Shown one piece after another: positions 24,290 through 36,400 of a DNA stretch of 64,000 bases (its first letter is position 1; each line of letters begins with the position of its first letter). The DNA comes from Klebsormidium nitens (Eukaryota; Plantae; Klebsormidiophyceae): NCBI GenBank assembly GCA_000708835.1, contig DF237331.1, positions 25,444 through 89,443 of the forward strand, read 5' to 3'. The notes beneath the pieces are model-generated. The model was not told where the DNA came from. It saw nothing but the letters and a program-made list of their open reading frames with translations, and did not search any database. Made by a program: the position numbers and the translations under genes.

Positions 24290-25277
24290 CGAGGGCAACC
24301 ATTCCGACTCGTCAAACAAGGCGCTTGGATATTTGAAAGTAGAGAGGCTGGCTATTGAGAGTGCCAGGGAATAATGAGACGAAAGAAAGGGGCGGATTGT
24401 GAGAACGCTAACTAAGATCGGTTGACCAGTCATGGCTCAGGAATTACAAAGAGCAGCAACTTTGATGCGGGTTAAAGCACCACTTACATGCCCTCTCAGC
24501 CAGATTCCTCGTATCTCCTCCATGAAGGGACTACCTTCAAAAGCAAGCGAAAGCGACGATAACCAAAATGGCCAAAAACGGAGTGCTCACACTCGCTTTG
24601 CAAGTACCTAGGATACGACACCAAGTCCTGTTTTGTAGCCTGCTTTTGCTGCTGGACCATTCCGAGTGTTAGAGTTCTTTCCGCGATCATGCATATGAGA
24701 CCACTGACCCATATATTAACGTGGTAAATGGCATCTTTCAAATCTCGGAACCGGCGTGTGCCATGCACAAAGAAAGGACTCGCAACTTTCCGGTAGCGAT
24801 GAAAAAATTTGTGGGCGCCTGGAAGAAGAGCCCTTCTGCAATAAGGGCCCCTTATACACACGACTACTGCCTCTTCATTGGTACATCCCTGGCTTGGCAT
24901 GATTATCAGGTCCTCCGGCAAAATTCGACGTTATCGCAGTTTTCTCAGCCGCACTGAGACCAATGTCCCATATAGTCTGGAGGTATGACATGGAACGACA
25001 ACGACGTCCCTATTTTACCTGGTCGATTCCCATCTCCTCTGATCACAACACCAATTCATTTGGGTGTGGCGGTCCATCCGCGCAATATTGTTGGGCTAGA
25101 CGGCTTCAAGAGGACAGACATGGGTCATGCAGTAGCTAGCTCGGGGAATTGAAGCGTCGTCCTACCACTTGTGGCGCGCCCGGCTCTTTCACAACGGCGC
25201 CATTTGGAAGCTTTAATTATATCCTTGCCAATCGACCTGACGAACAAATGCTGAACATCGATGTTCAGCATTTGTTG

Positions 25278-25327
25278 TACAACTGAAATTGGCAAAAGCT
25301 GATCAGCTTTTGCCAATTTCAGTTGTA
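25278..25327. repeat. Perfect 50-bp palindrome with no spacer
   Basis: TACAACTGAAATTGGCAAAAGCTGA|TCAGCTTTTGCCAATTTCAGTTGTA; the ORF track gives MAKADQLLPISVV on both strands here. Confidence 0.97.
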
Positions 25328-25499
25328 AAAAGAATCATATGCTGCTTTCAAAGTCTTTGTGCCAAGCGCAAAACGCTTTTGGTTGATACGAGTCGACTCG
25401 AGCAGATCTCCATGGATTATCGTAGGTGCCCAGTACGGAAAATCGTTGACGCAGGGATATTACCCTGCGGAGCGACTGAAAGAGAACGTCGAGCGAAGA

Positions 25500-28060
25500 G
25501 GTCGACTCGAAGTCGTGGCTCGGACGTGTCAAATGTGCAGGACAATGATATGAGGTCTATGTGGCCCAACATAGCAGCATAGTAGCGTCCTCCTGGCACG
25601 AGACGTAATCAAACGTACACAGAACCCCTCTCCTGGAGGTTCTCGCGAGCCTCCATGACAATTTCGAGTCGTCTTAAGTAGATGATTGCTAGCGGAGCTG
25701 CAGAACTCGGATTTGGGCACAGCTTGCCGCATAACAGGAAGCGGCGCGTAGTATGACGCGAGCTTGCGTTCGGCTTGTAGTGCCCTGCCTGCCCTTTCGA
25801 AACATGAGCAGCAAACACTTGGACAAGATTCGTTTTGGTGTAAACCAAGTGGTACATTCCAGCAAAAGGTGGTACGACAGGGTTATCTGGACCTTCCGAC
25901 TCGGTAAAACTGGACGAGCCAGGGAGAATCAAACTCTACTCGTCTGTACATTTCCTGAACGAAAGGCAGAGCTGGAGAGAAATGCCCGGATCTCACGCCA
26001 TCAGAGTGATGTCGACGCCCTCGATCGGCAGATTTGACTCAGCTTACGCAAGTCGGGCGCTGATTAGGGGCTTAATACTCAGGTATGATTCGTTGAAGCC
26101 GTTAGATAGATGGTTATCAGCCCAGTAAGCAATCTGTGACGAAGCCTTTGGAAGAACTTTACAGCGTATGTCCGTCTGTGCCCAAACCCGCAATACTATA
26201 GAATGGGATCACCTCCGAAGGAGCAACTTCACGTACAATCGCCTTCAAACATAGATTCCGTACGCCTTGATTCAAAAGCCTACAAAGACAGCGGCTTTGA
26301 AGCAAGAACTGGCTCAAGGGAACGACACCAGAAGGACACTGCCTCTGATTCTCGTGTATCAAAAGTGGCAGCAATTATGCTCCTTGCCAGTCGATTAGGA
26401 CGAACGGTGAACAAGCTCGGCTTCTGGGCACCGCTTACGTGGGGAGGTCTCCATACTGACCATGTAAGATCAGGCGAACTAGATCATGCCTAGTGTGGTG
26501 ATCTTGTGACGAATTAAAAAGGTGCTCAAAGCTTGATCTACTTCAATCGACGAAGGGCCGTGCAAAGGTAGCACTTGCTTGCTCGCGGCTTAGACGGATA
26601 CAGAGAAAGTCTGATGCGGCTAGCCCATGGCACCAGATCAACGTCGTCTTCTTGACCAGTACGAGAACACCCAAACAGTGTCCTGAAGTATCTCCGGCCA
26701 CCTTTTTTACACGCCCTCGAGTCTGTGGGGCCCGCCAAGGCCAGCGACTTTACTAGCCTTTCCCGCATCTGCAGAAACGCAAGGATCTGCCCTGCGGCGC
26801 AACAGAAGAAAACGTCGGGCAAAGAGGGGAAGCGCGGACGTCTTCATCACGTCGTGTGGCTCGGACGAGTCAACATACGTGCTGCAGAAATTAACGATTG
26901 CTCGATCATGGGCCCATCATGAAATTATAGTATGATTGGCGTTTTCCTGGCTCGACACATTCAAACTTACAGAGAACCCTCCCCTGAATGCTTCTCACTA
27001 AGTTCACAGCGATCTCGAGTAACTGTAAGTTGCTGTATTCCAGCGCATGAGCTGCAAATGTCACTCGGGCACAGCTTGCCGCAGAAGACGAGGCCGCATG
27101 TAGTATGACGCGTTTTGCTTTTGGCTAAGGGTGCCCGAACTTCTCTTTAGAACCTGGGCAGCAAGCCACTGGACGCGATTCGTTTTCGTGTAAACAAAGT
27201 ACAGGTACGTTCAAGAAAAAGAAGGGTAGGAAAGGGTCATCTTAGGCTGGACCTTCCGACTGCCAGCCGGCTTGGTAAACTGGAAGAGATGCCAGCCAGG
27301 AAGCACAAACACTCTTCCAAGCACGTTTGACGGTACGTTCCTGAACAATAGGCAGAGCTGAAGACAAATACCCGGAGCTCGCGCCGTCGAAGTCATGTCG
27401 ACGTTCTCGCTCGGCAGACTCGACTCAGCTTACGCAAGTCGGGCCTGTAGGGGCCTGATTCTTGAGTAATGAATCGTTCAAGATGTTAGATGGTGTGTGA
27501 GGCCACTAAGCAATGTGATGAAGCCTTTGAAAGAACTTGACAACGCGTGTGAGTCTGTGCCCAAATCCGCAATACTTTAGAATAGGATCACCTCCGGAGT
27601 AGGAATTTCAAGTACGACTGCCTTCAAACATAGGCTCCGTGCGCTGGCACGGACTCAACAGCCTACAAAGAAAGCTACTTTTAACCAAGAACTGGCTCAA
27701 GGGATCGGCACCGATGGGATACTATCTTTGATTCTTGTGTATCAGAAGTGGCACCAGTCGAAATATGCTCCTTGCCAGTCGATGAGGGCAAACGGTGGGA
27801 AAAGCTCGGCTTCTGGGCACCGCTTACGTGGTGAGGTCTTCGTACTGACCACTGAGAATCAGGCGAAGTACACGAAGCGCCCATTGTTTATGATTTCACA
27901 AAGAAGGGGCTCGAAAGTCGATGTATTTTGAAACGACATCAGAGAGCCTTGCAGGAAAAGACTCGCTCGCTCGCGGCTCAGGTCGGAGAAGAGTGACTTC
28001 ATGCTGCTCATGGCACCATGGCACCAGATCAACGTCGTCGTCTTGGCCACGAGACAAAAA
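25500..28060. repeat. Diverged tandem duplication, unit about 1.35-1.39 kb
   Basis: Matching pairs 25516/26857, 25715/27068, 26037/27423, 26413/27802 (30-nt identity AAGCTCGGCTTCTGGGCACCGCTTACGTGG), 26625/28013. Confidence 0.85.
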
Positions 28061-30408
28061 GCCAAACAGTCAATAACTGAAGTTTCTCCGGGAACCGTTT
28101 CTACGAACCTGTTGCCTCGAATCAATCTGTCCTTGGACCCCAAAGAATGGGTATCGGACACCGTCAGGTTGCAGCTGCCATAAGCCGAGCGCTTCGGAAG
28201 CGAACCTGCCCCGAACCTGCTTTTTCAAGACCAGACACGCATCGACCGGGCTCGATTGGTGAAAGCACCGGCCAAATGAGAGTATACAGATCCTATTCCG
28301 CTTCGGCGCTTTGATAATCCCACTGGGCTCGGTGAATGAACGAGCAGTCAGCAAGGCACCACCAGTCCACCATACATTCTCGAACGGTTTCGCAGCACTG
28401 CGCTCATAATCGGAAACAATCACAAGCCGGCCGTAACACGTCGATGCAGGCTCTGCATAGAGCGATTGCTGGACAGAGCGATGGCTTGACAGGGCAACTT
28501 GTGAAGGATGCGGGTCAGCATGCATCTATGCCTTGATAATGATATCGATCGAGAAGTAAGAGACACAAAAGCATGACGTACAGGGAACGCCCACTCGTTA
28601 GGACTCTGACAATAGCTTTTCCGGCCTTAGGTTTCGGGTGGCGCGAGTGATCCCGGCCTTTTGTGTTGCATGCATACTTGGCAGATAGTTTGAGTGGCTG
28701 TATCCTGGAAGCCTTTAAAATAAGTCGCGACTGTATTTCAGAATGAGTGACAGAGCCCCGGGTCACCCCCGGATGGACTCGCATAAGTGGCATCACGTAA
28801 ATTCGGGCTGCCCGGATATCTGGCGGGCGGTGGAGCCAGCGCCGTTTGATCAACCACCTGTCCTTGCCACCTTAAGTTAGACATTGAGACCTAATGAGCG
28901 CGCTGATCTTTTTCTCCCGACGCAGCTTGAAAGTGCAATTCCAAGTCAAAAGGCTGAACCGCCTGGTTGAAGCGGGAGCTTCTCGTCTTTGAAAAAACCC
29001 GTCGGCTTTCTTTTGTGTACGGTTGAAGTTCACAACAGAAACGGTTGCTGATTGAAGCTGATCAAGCCTTGATTGCTTGCATGCCAGGAGCGACTACTAG
29101 ATCTATCCTGATTCATGCCTGATCGAAGGCAGGCACATAATGGAGGACAGACTGCAATAACCCCCATAAGCGGGCATGAAACGTGCGTGGACACGATTGT
29201 ATCACAATGGGGCCCAGATTGGTCGGCCAGGTCTTTCGAATCCTTCGACTCATGATCTGCTCGTCGATCCGTCAATGTTAAGGTTTGGGTTCTACTAAGT
29301 GTGCCCTTCCCAAGCTTTAAAAGCTCCCGGCCGTTTGAGACTGAGACCGACTTTGAAGGTACCTTAGTTGTACGACCTAAATGATGCATGCTGAAGGGTG
29401 ACCGAACCAGGCCATGAAGCGTTGGTAAAGGTGGAGCTCGGACTCATCAGATTGAAAGTTGGACGCTTGCAGCCTTTCCCCTAGGGCCCGCACACGTTGC
29501 GATCCCCCTTGCCACCAATTAAAACACACCTGGAAGATCGAAAACCTCTTCAAGTGACTATGACGGTAAGCCATGACACTTTGCCAGACCCATATGGTAA
29601 AGCGTTGAAGTTTTGGGCCCTTACGCAATAATGATCCGTACATACCGAAGAAAGAAACCGCGAGCGGCTTCAAAAGAGGGTGCGCCAACGAGCTCATGAG
29701 AAAATAAACTTCTCGAATTCCACGGGTGTTGTCACGAGCTAGCTGCCAAGAATGATCGGATGGTCACCCCACTGCCATCGACAACACTCGGTCTCAAGGG
29801 CCAAGAAAATTCAGCTTTCAAGCTCAAACGCCGGCTGGTTCCAGTCCAAGTCAAGGCGACAGGACCGTCAAAGATGCCGCAATGCCTCTAAACGCCAGCT
29901 GGAAATTGGCCGTTTAACAAAGCAGACTCTTCTTCACAAGGGGAAGCAGAGCACCAACCTAACATCAACAATCCTTTCAATCCAAGTTACGCTGCCACTA
30001 TTTCACAAAGAAAAAAGCAAGAGCTGAGGATCCAATGCAAAGCGATAGCGGATCTGTGACATAGGAGGAGCAGTGCCTCCTTGAAAAGCAGGCGCTCCGT
30101 CTCTTCATCATTCCCGGTCCCTTATCAATCTCGCCGATCGAGTGGCCTGACGGGCGGCTAGTGGTGCAAACAAAGTCATTCAAATTCCACAAAAAAGACT
30201 GCCGTTGTGCAAAAAAGACTCAAATTCCCACTCGGTCGCCTGAGACCTCGCACAAGACGGACTTTCCAAACACATGCTCAGAACCTCCATATGTGCGTGT
30301 CAAAAGAGACATTGGGCCAAAGCTCCCACTTAAGACGGCATCAAGTGCAGGTTCGAAGATGGGAAGGGCTCGATATTTGACAGATTCTTACAAACGGACT
30401 GTGGCTAC

Positions 30409-33400
30409 TTAAAGGGACCCCATGACGTTACTCAGTGCGCTTGCTTGTTCTGGTGGCAAAGCTGCTAGAGTCGGTTGTAGATGTGCTTGATATCTAGCCT
30501 GCAGGCTTTTCAGGGCGACTCCTACGCCTTTCTTGATCTCTTCGTCTATGCTATCCTCGACTACGGTTTGACCAAACACACTAACTATCTGCGGGATCAG
30601 CGGCGCTACCTGCAAGAACGTTAAACGAAGTAGTCAAGAGACGCCTTCCCCGCCAAGATATTATTATCGCTTGGCTACGGTTGTTTATGAGAACCTGGTA
30701 AAGGTACGGACACGGAGACCGAGCCCTCTTGTTGCTGGCTTTTTAACACGAGACAATAGCTGTTGCGATATACGAAAGCACAGTAAAGTTCGAGGCCAAT
30801 AGAGCGCAGGTCTTAACAGTGTACTATTTTGCAGTTTCTGACTAATTTACATTCAGCGGGCAGACGAAACAGAAAAATTTACAACAATTATTCCGATCCT
30901 CGAAAGGGAAACAGCCCGGCTGGGTCCCAGATGCGGGCCACGTCTCCAGAAAAGTAATTATTCTGATATTAATGACCAGAACATCCCTCTGCACATTTCT
31001 CCTGGTCAAGAAGATGTTTGACGAGTGTGAAAAAGCCCTCACACCCAAAGCGCTGAAGGACCACAGATGGGGCCCAAAACAAACACACCGAAAGCAACCA
31101 CTACTCCTCACCTCGTTCGGCGAGTGTTCGATGAGTGTGAACAGGCACCCGTACACCACACCAGCTTCGTCAAGATCTTCCGTGAGCGGGAGCGCTTGCA
31201 GGAACACCGGCAAAACCTGAGCGATCGGCATGACGCCAGGGCGCGCGAGAATCATCCGAGCGACCGCGGCGGCGGCGTTATCTCGGACGCCAGGTTCTTC
31301 GTCCGGGGAGAAGAGCGGGTAAAGGGCAGACAGGAGGGCGGGGTAGTGTCTGATGGAACGGGTCAAGGGCCAAACGAACAAGTATTTCTGCGAGCTGAAA
31401 CTGCAGATAATCAAACAGCCAAGGAAGACTCCAGTGTCAAAAGTGGATAGAGCGACGGGGTCAGCGCCTGAACCCAGGTCAAGGGTGAGACTCCTGTTTT
31501 GCCGTGTCACCTCCAAGACGTTGGCAACTGTGATCGAGCGGGTCTACGACGCAGTTCCATCAAAGGAAACGAATGCTAAGTCCAAATTGTGACTCCGCTC
31601 GCTTCAAGCAAGCTGGTGGCGCAAGAACACCAACTAGAGAACGATTTGCCAACTTTCGCATTGGAAACATAAAAGCAGTCGGTCAGATAACGGTGCTGAG
31701 GATACTGTTGGGCCTGCTCCGGCGCGTGCTCGCAGAGCTTCCCCACGCAGTAGGACGCGTTCCGCCTGCTGGGGCCCTCCTCGCAGCCGAGCTCCTGGAT
31801 AGCCACTGGCAGCACCGCCTGCAGTGACAAAACACGTCTCGTTCTAGTTCGCAAAGGAGTGTCGACCAAGGACAACGGCTCTCAGAACCTCAGTCGCTCA
31901 TCCTGGAACTAGTACTCACATGTAAGGAAGCAACGCCGATACTCGCAGAGTCTGATCGATGTGGAACGAAAAAGCGCGTCTTGCGCACAAGGTGCAACCT
32001 TTTAACCTTTTGACCCTGGAAAGTCCCAACCAAACGTCTTGGCAACAGCAGGACATGTAAGGCGCCAGCTCACTCCTGTTTGCAAAAAGTACCACGGTCC
32101 AGCAGATATGTACACGTACAGACGAAGGTACGAAGGGAAATGAAGACTGTTCGAGTGCGGATGGTATTTAATTTGCCTGGGCTGTAACCTGACCGTTTGT
32201 ATTTCGAGACACTGCTTCGAGCTCATCTTCATCTTTGCGTCTTGTGACCAGAAAAAGGCCCTTTCAGGAACGCTCCCCAAGCTCCTTTTTTCCAAACTCC
32301 TTTTCTGAGCGCAGGCTTCTTCTGATCCCATCCTGTCTTTGCACAATTCTGCTGCATGAGAATCGGCCTCCGACGTGGAGAGTGATGGCGAGCTCTAGTA
32401 CTCACATCCACGTATAGAGCAATTGGCGGCCCCATCTCTCGTGCCACCTCTGCCACAGTGGCGACCGCCATGGTCCTGTCGCTAGGTGGCCTGGTCGCCT
32501 TCTGCAGCATCGATCAACCAACCTCATCAGACACACCCTTGCTATAAGGCACCCGTATTAACAGAAGCTAAATCTTTGCGAAAGAAGAAGAACAATTCAG
32601 AGAGTCTCTCATGTACTAGTCGTGTACTTTACCTACAAAATTACTCATGAGGCGCGGCTACAAAAGCGCTCTCGCTGAACGAGCCATTTCCGAGTCTGCT
32701 GACACAAAGATCGACAGAACTGCCCCCTAAAGTGCAAAAGTTATTACCCAAAGCTAATTGGCCATGCTGGGCAACGTCGGCACTTGGGACACAATGAGGA
32801 GAAATTTCCAATTGAAAACGGGGTACTCATCACAAAGCAAAAAGCACTCATCTCTTCTTCGAGAAGCCCAACTCAAAAGAGAGCAAGAAGGGAATCTTTG
32901 CCAATGCCAAAGTCGTCGCGAACAAGACAAACCGCCGACTCGCAAAAGGGTAATGAAAAGTCTACATTCACGGCAAAAATGATGTCCTTATAATCGATCA
33001 AAAACGATCTAAGGACAGCAAGGCAGCAGCCCAGCGTGCGCCTTCCCAATCAACTGCATATACCTATATAAAAAGAACCGAACTTGAGCTACTCACCGCG
33101 AACTTCCAGAGCGGCACAAAGTGCTCCGCGAACAGCGGGGCATATGCCGGCCCCAGGGCGGCCGCGAGCGCGGGCATGAGGTCCGTGGCGGCGTCCATCA
33201 GGACCTCGTCGTGCTCTTGCTCCTCGTCGTCGCCGTCCGAATCGCTCGGGGCGTCCACCAGCTGACACGTGGCCTCCTGCTCCAGGAACTCGAGGACCGC
33301 TTTTGAGATCGGCTGTACGACTGCAAGGAAAGCAGGAGGCGTCTTTGTATTCGATTGAAGGTGAGGAAACCGACAGAAAAAATGAGGAAGGGAATTGCTG

Positions 33401-36400
33401 ACACTTGTTCGAGGAGCTCGAGGACCCCTTTCGCGATCAGCTAGACGACTGCGAAAAGGGGGGGAGAAGTTTCGAATGTAAAGAAAGCCGGGGGAGAAAG
33501 CGGGTGAAGAGATTCACGGACATTAGCTGACGAGTGGCCTTGTGCTTGAGGAAATCCAAGACCGCCTTCGAGATGGGCTAGACGACTGCGCAAAAGCGAA
33601 AAGCAGGACTTGAGAAGAAGTCCCCAGAAGTGTCACGGGTCGAACGCCAGACGAAGAGACTGCTCCTGAAGAGATGTTGAGCCGTTTGTGTAAAACGCGT
33701 TTCTGCCTGCGCGGCACTCCCGCAAGGTGACTGCCGGTAAAGAGGGGGCACTCAATTACATCGCAGTCAAAACACACAGTTGGCACAGACGCTTCTTGAG
33801 AGCTCGCCTGCAGTAACTTCTACTATAGGACACAACGCGGGGTGATTAGGGACAGGCGCAGCTAAGCTCAGCTGGAGTCAGCGTCAGCCTATTGTTCAGA
33901 TGCTACTCGGACCTTGCTTGGAAGACTGGCACCTTGGCCTATTGACAGCATTCGCTTGAATTGCTGGGTTGCAGGCCGCTTGGATCACCTTGTTTCGAAA
34001 CGCTTAACCTGGGCCATATACTCTTGAGTGTTGCTTTGGCTTACATGGCTCGATGCCGGGCATCCCAATGCTCCGAACGACAGCAGCCAGGGACTCGCAC
34101 GCCTGCGCAACGGTGTTCTTGTCGTCGTCTTGGTCGAACGTTCGCAGGTACGTTTCCACGATGACGTCTGCAACGAAGGAAGGCCGTCAGAAATACATTG
34201 AACCTCCAAAAATGACTGCGGATTTGTGAACTTAGTGCACTGAGAACAGCCTCACTGTAAAATTGGCCTCAAAAGCCTCAGATATGAAAATGGGGCAAGA
34301 AGCGTCCGTGTATTCGTCGTAGTCGAACGTCTGCAGGCGTCCTTTTTCATCAGCTCGATGCACGCAGAAAGGGCGTCAAAAGTGACGCAACAAGGAATTT
34401 TAGCTGCGGTCACTTCTGAAGGGCACCTCGGTAGTGACCAAACTTATGGGCGTGAAGGTGCAAGCAACGGAGGTAGTGCCTTTCGAAGCCGCTTTGAAAA
34501 CGTGGCCACTGAAGAGCGACGTTCACAAATGCTGTGTGATCCAAAATGAGATACAGTAAACAAATACAGGAAGCTTTGCAACTTCTGGCGACTTCTGAAA
34601 GTTCCAAGTGCCCACCTAGAACGTGTTTGACTTGAGGTGGAAGAACCTGCAGAAAGCGAAAGCAGGCAATCTGGTGAGAGAGATGATTGTTCTTGGACTG
34701 AGACCCGCAAAGATGAAACATGCTTATGGCACTGAGGCTGCTGCTCGGCTGCTTATTGAAACGACCCGTTTATGGAGGCCTGAGAAGCCAGAGCAGACAT
34801 ACCGATTCGCATCCTAAAGTTGGGAAAGCAGTGACGAACGGCTGTTGAATTCGAGACGCACATCGAAAGCACTGGCGGCTTCAAAGAAATCAGGGACCCA
34901 GGAGAACCCAGGAACAAAGACTTACTTTGGAGGGGGGGATGGGGAAAGCGGTCACTGTCGCTGACAGCAGATCTGCAAGAGCATACGCGGGTTGCAGTGA
35001 GAAGCAGCTAAGGAGAGGAAGCCCCGTGCGTCGAGAGAAGGGAGGACAGGATGGAAACAGCCTCATCACGGTTGTTCACTGAATGGTAACGGCTGTGTTG
35101 CAGCTTCCATATGGAACTGAATCTCCTCGGCTTGGCGCCCGATGCGAAATCGAGGATGTGGAGCTGGACTTGATCATCAGATTTTTGACACAGGTCTGAG
35201 AGCCCCAGTCCAAAGAGGCGGTTCTGCTTGGAGTACTGGACGGGTCAAAATTCAAGTAACCGCAGCAAACTGCAGGATGGCTCTTGCATCTCGCAAAATC
35301 AAACTACACGATGCGTTCCAGCCTACTGATTTAGACAGATGCTTTTCGAGCAGATAACGGTTCCAAGACGCCATTCGGCTGTTCGAATGCCAATGGGGCA
35401 CTCCACTTGCAGATATGTGACTTGACCTTCTTATGACGAAGTTATTTTCTGGCAGGATGCAGTTCTGGTACCAAATGGTGTCTACAGTATAAGGTCAAGA
35501 GCTATCAGTAGTGCAAGATTCCTGTAAGCACGGCCTCAGTAAACACTCGTTGAAGATCGACGTGTCCCTGTCTAGCCAAGTGTCATCTCTCGGCTTTCGA
35601 GTGACGTCACCAACAGACTGGCTGAGACAGTTGCTTCCTCTCGCATGTGATAAAATCACAACGGCTAGAAGGAGAGCCGGCTGTGGAAAGAACCATGCTT
35701 CGGACATAGAAGACCACTTATGAATTGAAGCTCACGAGATTGATAAGCTTGTGGATTTGTCGCACGCACTCGTAGCAGCAAAACGCGGCGACCGATCGTA
35801 GAAGCAAAACGCGGGGACCGAGACTAAAACAAGATGCATTAAAACCCGCGCATACGAACTGCAAAAAGCATTGAAAGAAGAGCATAGCTCTTGGAAACGA
35901 CGTTTATTTGCTAAGCCGAAAGTGAGCTCACGTGTCAGCCGAAGATTGGCCGAAAAGGGATGCGTCCTTCAAAGCAGGCTCGAACCATAACCAGAGTCAC
36001 CAAAACGTTGTAAACTTTCTAACTCCGAATTTTGCGACAGCAAAAGTTTGTCGCGTGTATGCGTTGTCCCTTCTTCATCATCGGTCCACTTTCAGGTGTC
36101 CAGCGACAGTAGCTAGAAGTAGGGCGGGGATCGCTCTCGCACAAGAGTAATGACCAGAGAGGCCACGTGGGTAGGGCCGTCTGGAATAGGATCATGCGTT
36201 TTGCCAAGGGCTAGAGCTTGCGGTTTAGATCAGTCCCACGACGAGAAGGTCGACATCGCCGCACACTAGCAAATGCGATCGGAAGCTTCACCCAAAAGCT
36301 GGGGGTCTAGCACAGGTGAGTGAACTTTGAACGAAGAGGGCTCTGAAGAGCAGAGAGCAACGTTGTCTCCCCAGCCGTGTGCTTCGGTAAGCATCGAAGT

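Larger units (their letters stand above)
1..29700 (-). pseudogene. Cluster of decayed paralogous coding sequences of an unrecognised repeat-domain family (interrupted by nested copia elements at 3586-11020; runs off the left edge)
   Basis: A TGGCTC(A/G) motif followed about 55-75 nt later by TC(C/T)(T/C)(T/G)GC(C/T/A) recurs on + at about 160, 3085, 11315, 13454, 13785, 16098, 17142, 17622, 21463, 23537, 23710, 24433, 25516, 26857 and 27974. On the minus strand it reads G-[KQN]-[ED]-[DG]...LVPW[AP]AS...[SP]EP. Paralog differences cluster at third codon positions of the minus frame (25801-25860 vs 27148-27210). Many stops and frameshifts; no long ORF. Confidence 0.7.

Noticed and set aside
160-28060. 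CRISPR-like or cassette array (conserved GTGGCTCAGAC / GATGCGGCCCATGGCACC flanking variable spacers)
   Set aside because: Units are hundreds to thousands of bp apart, degenerate and show codon-position-biased variation; the context is eukaryotic with no cas genes.
30842-31516. 224-aa ORF as a separate gene
   Set aside because: It is importin-4 exon 19 with flanking intron read-through.
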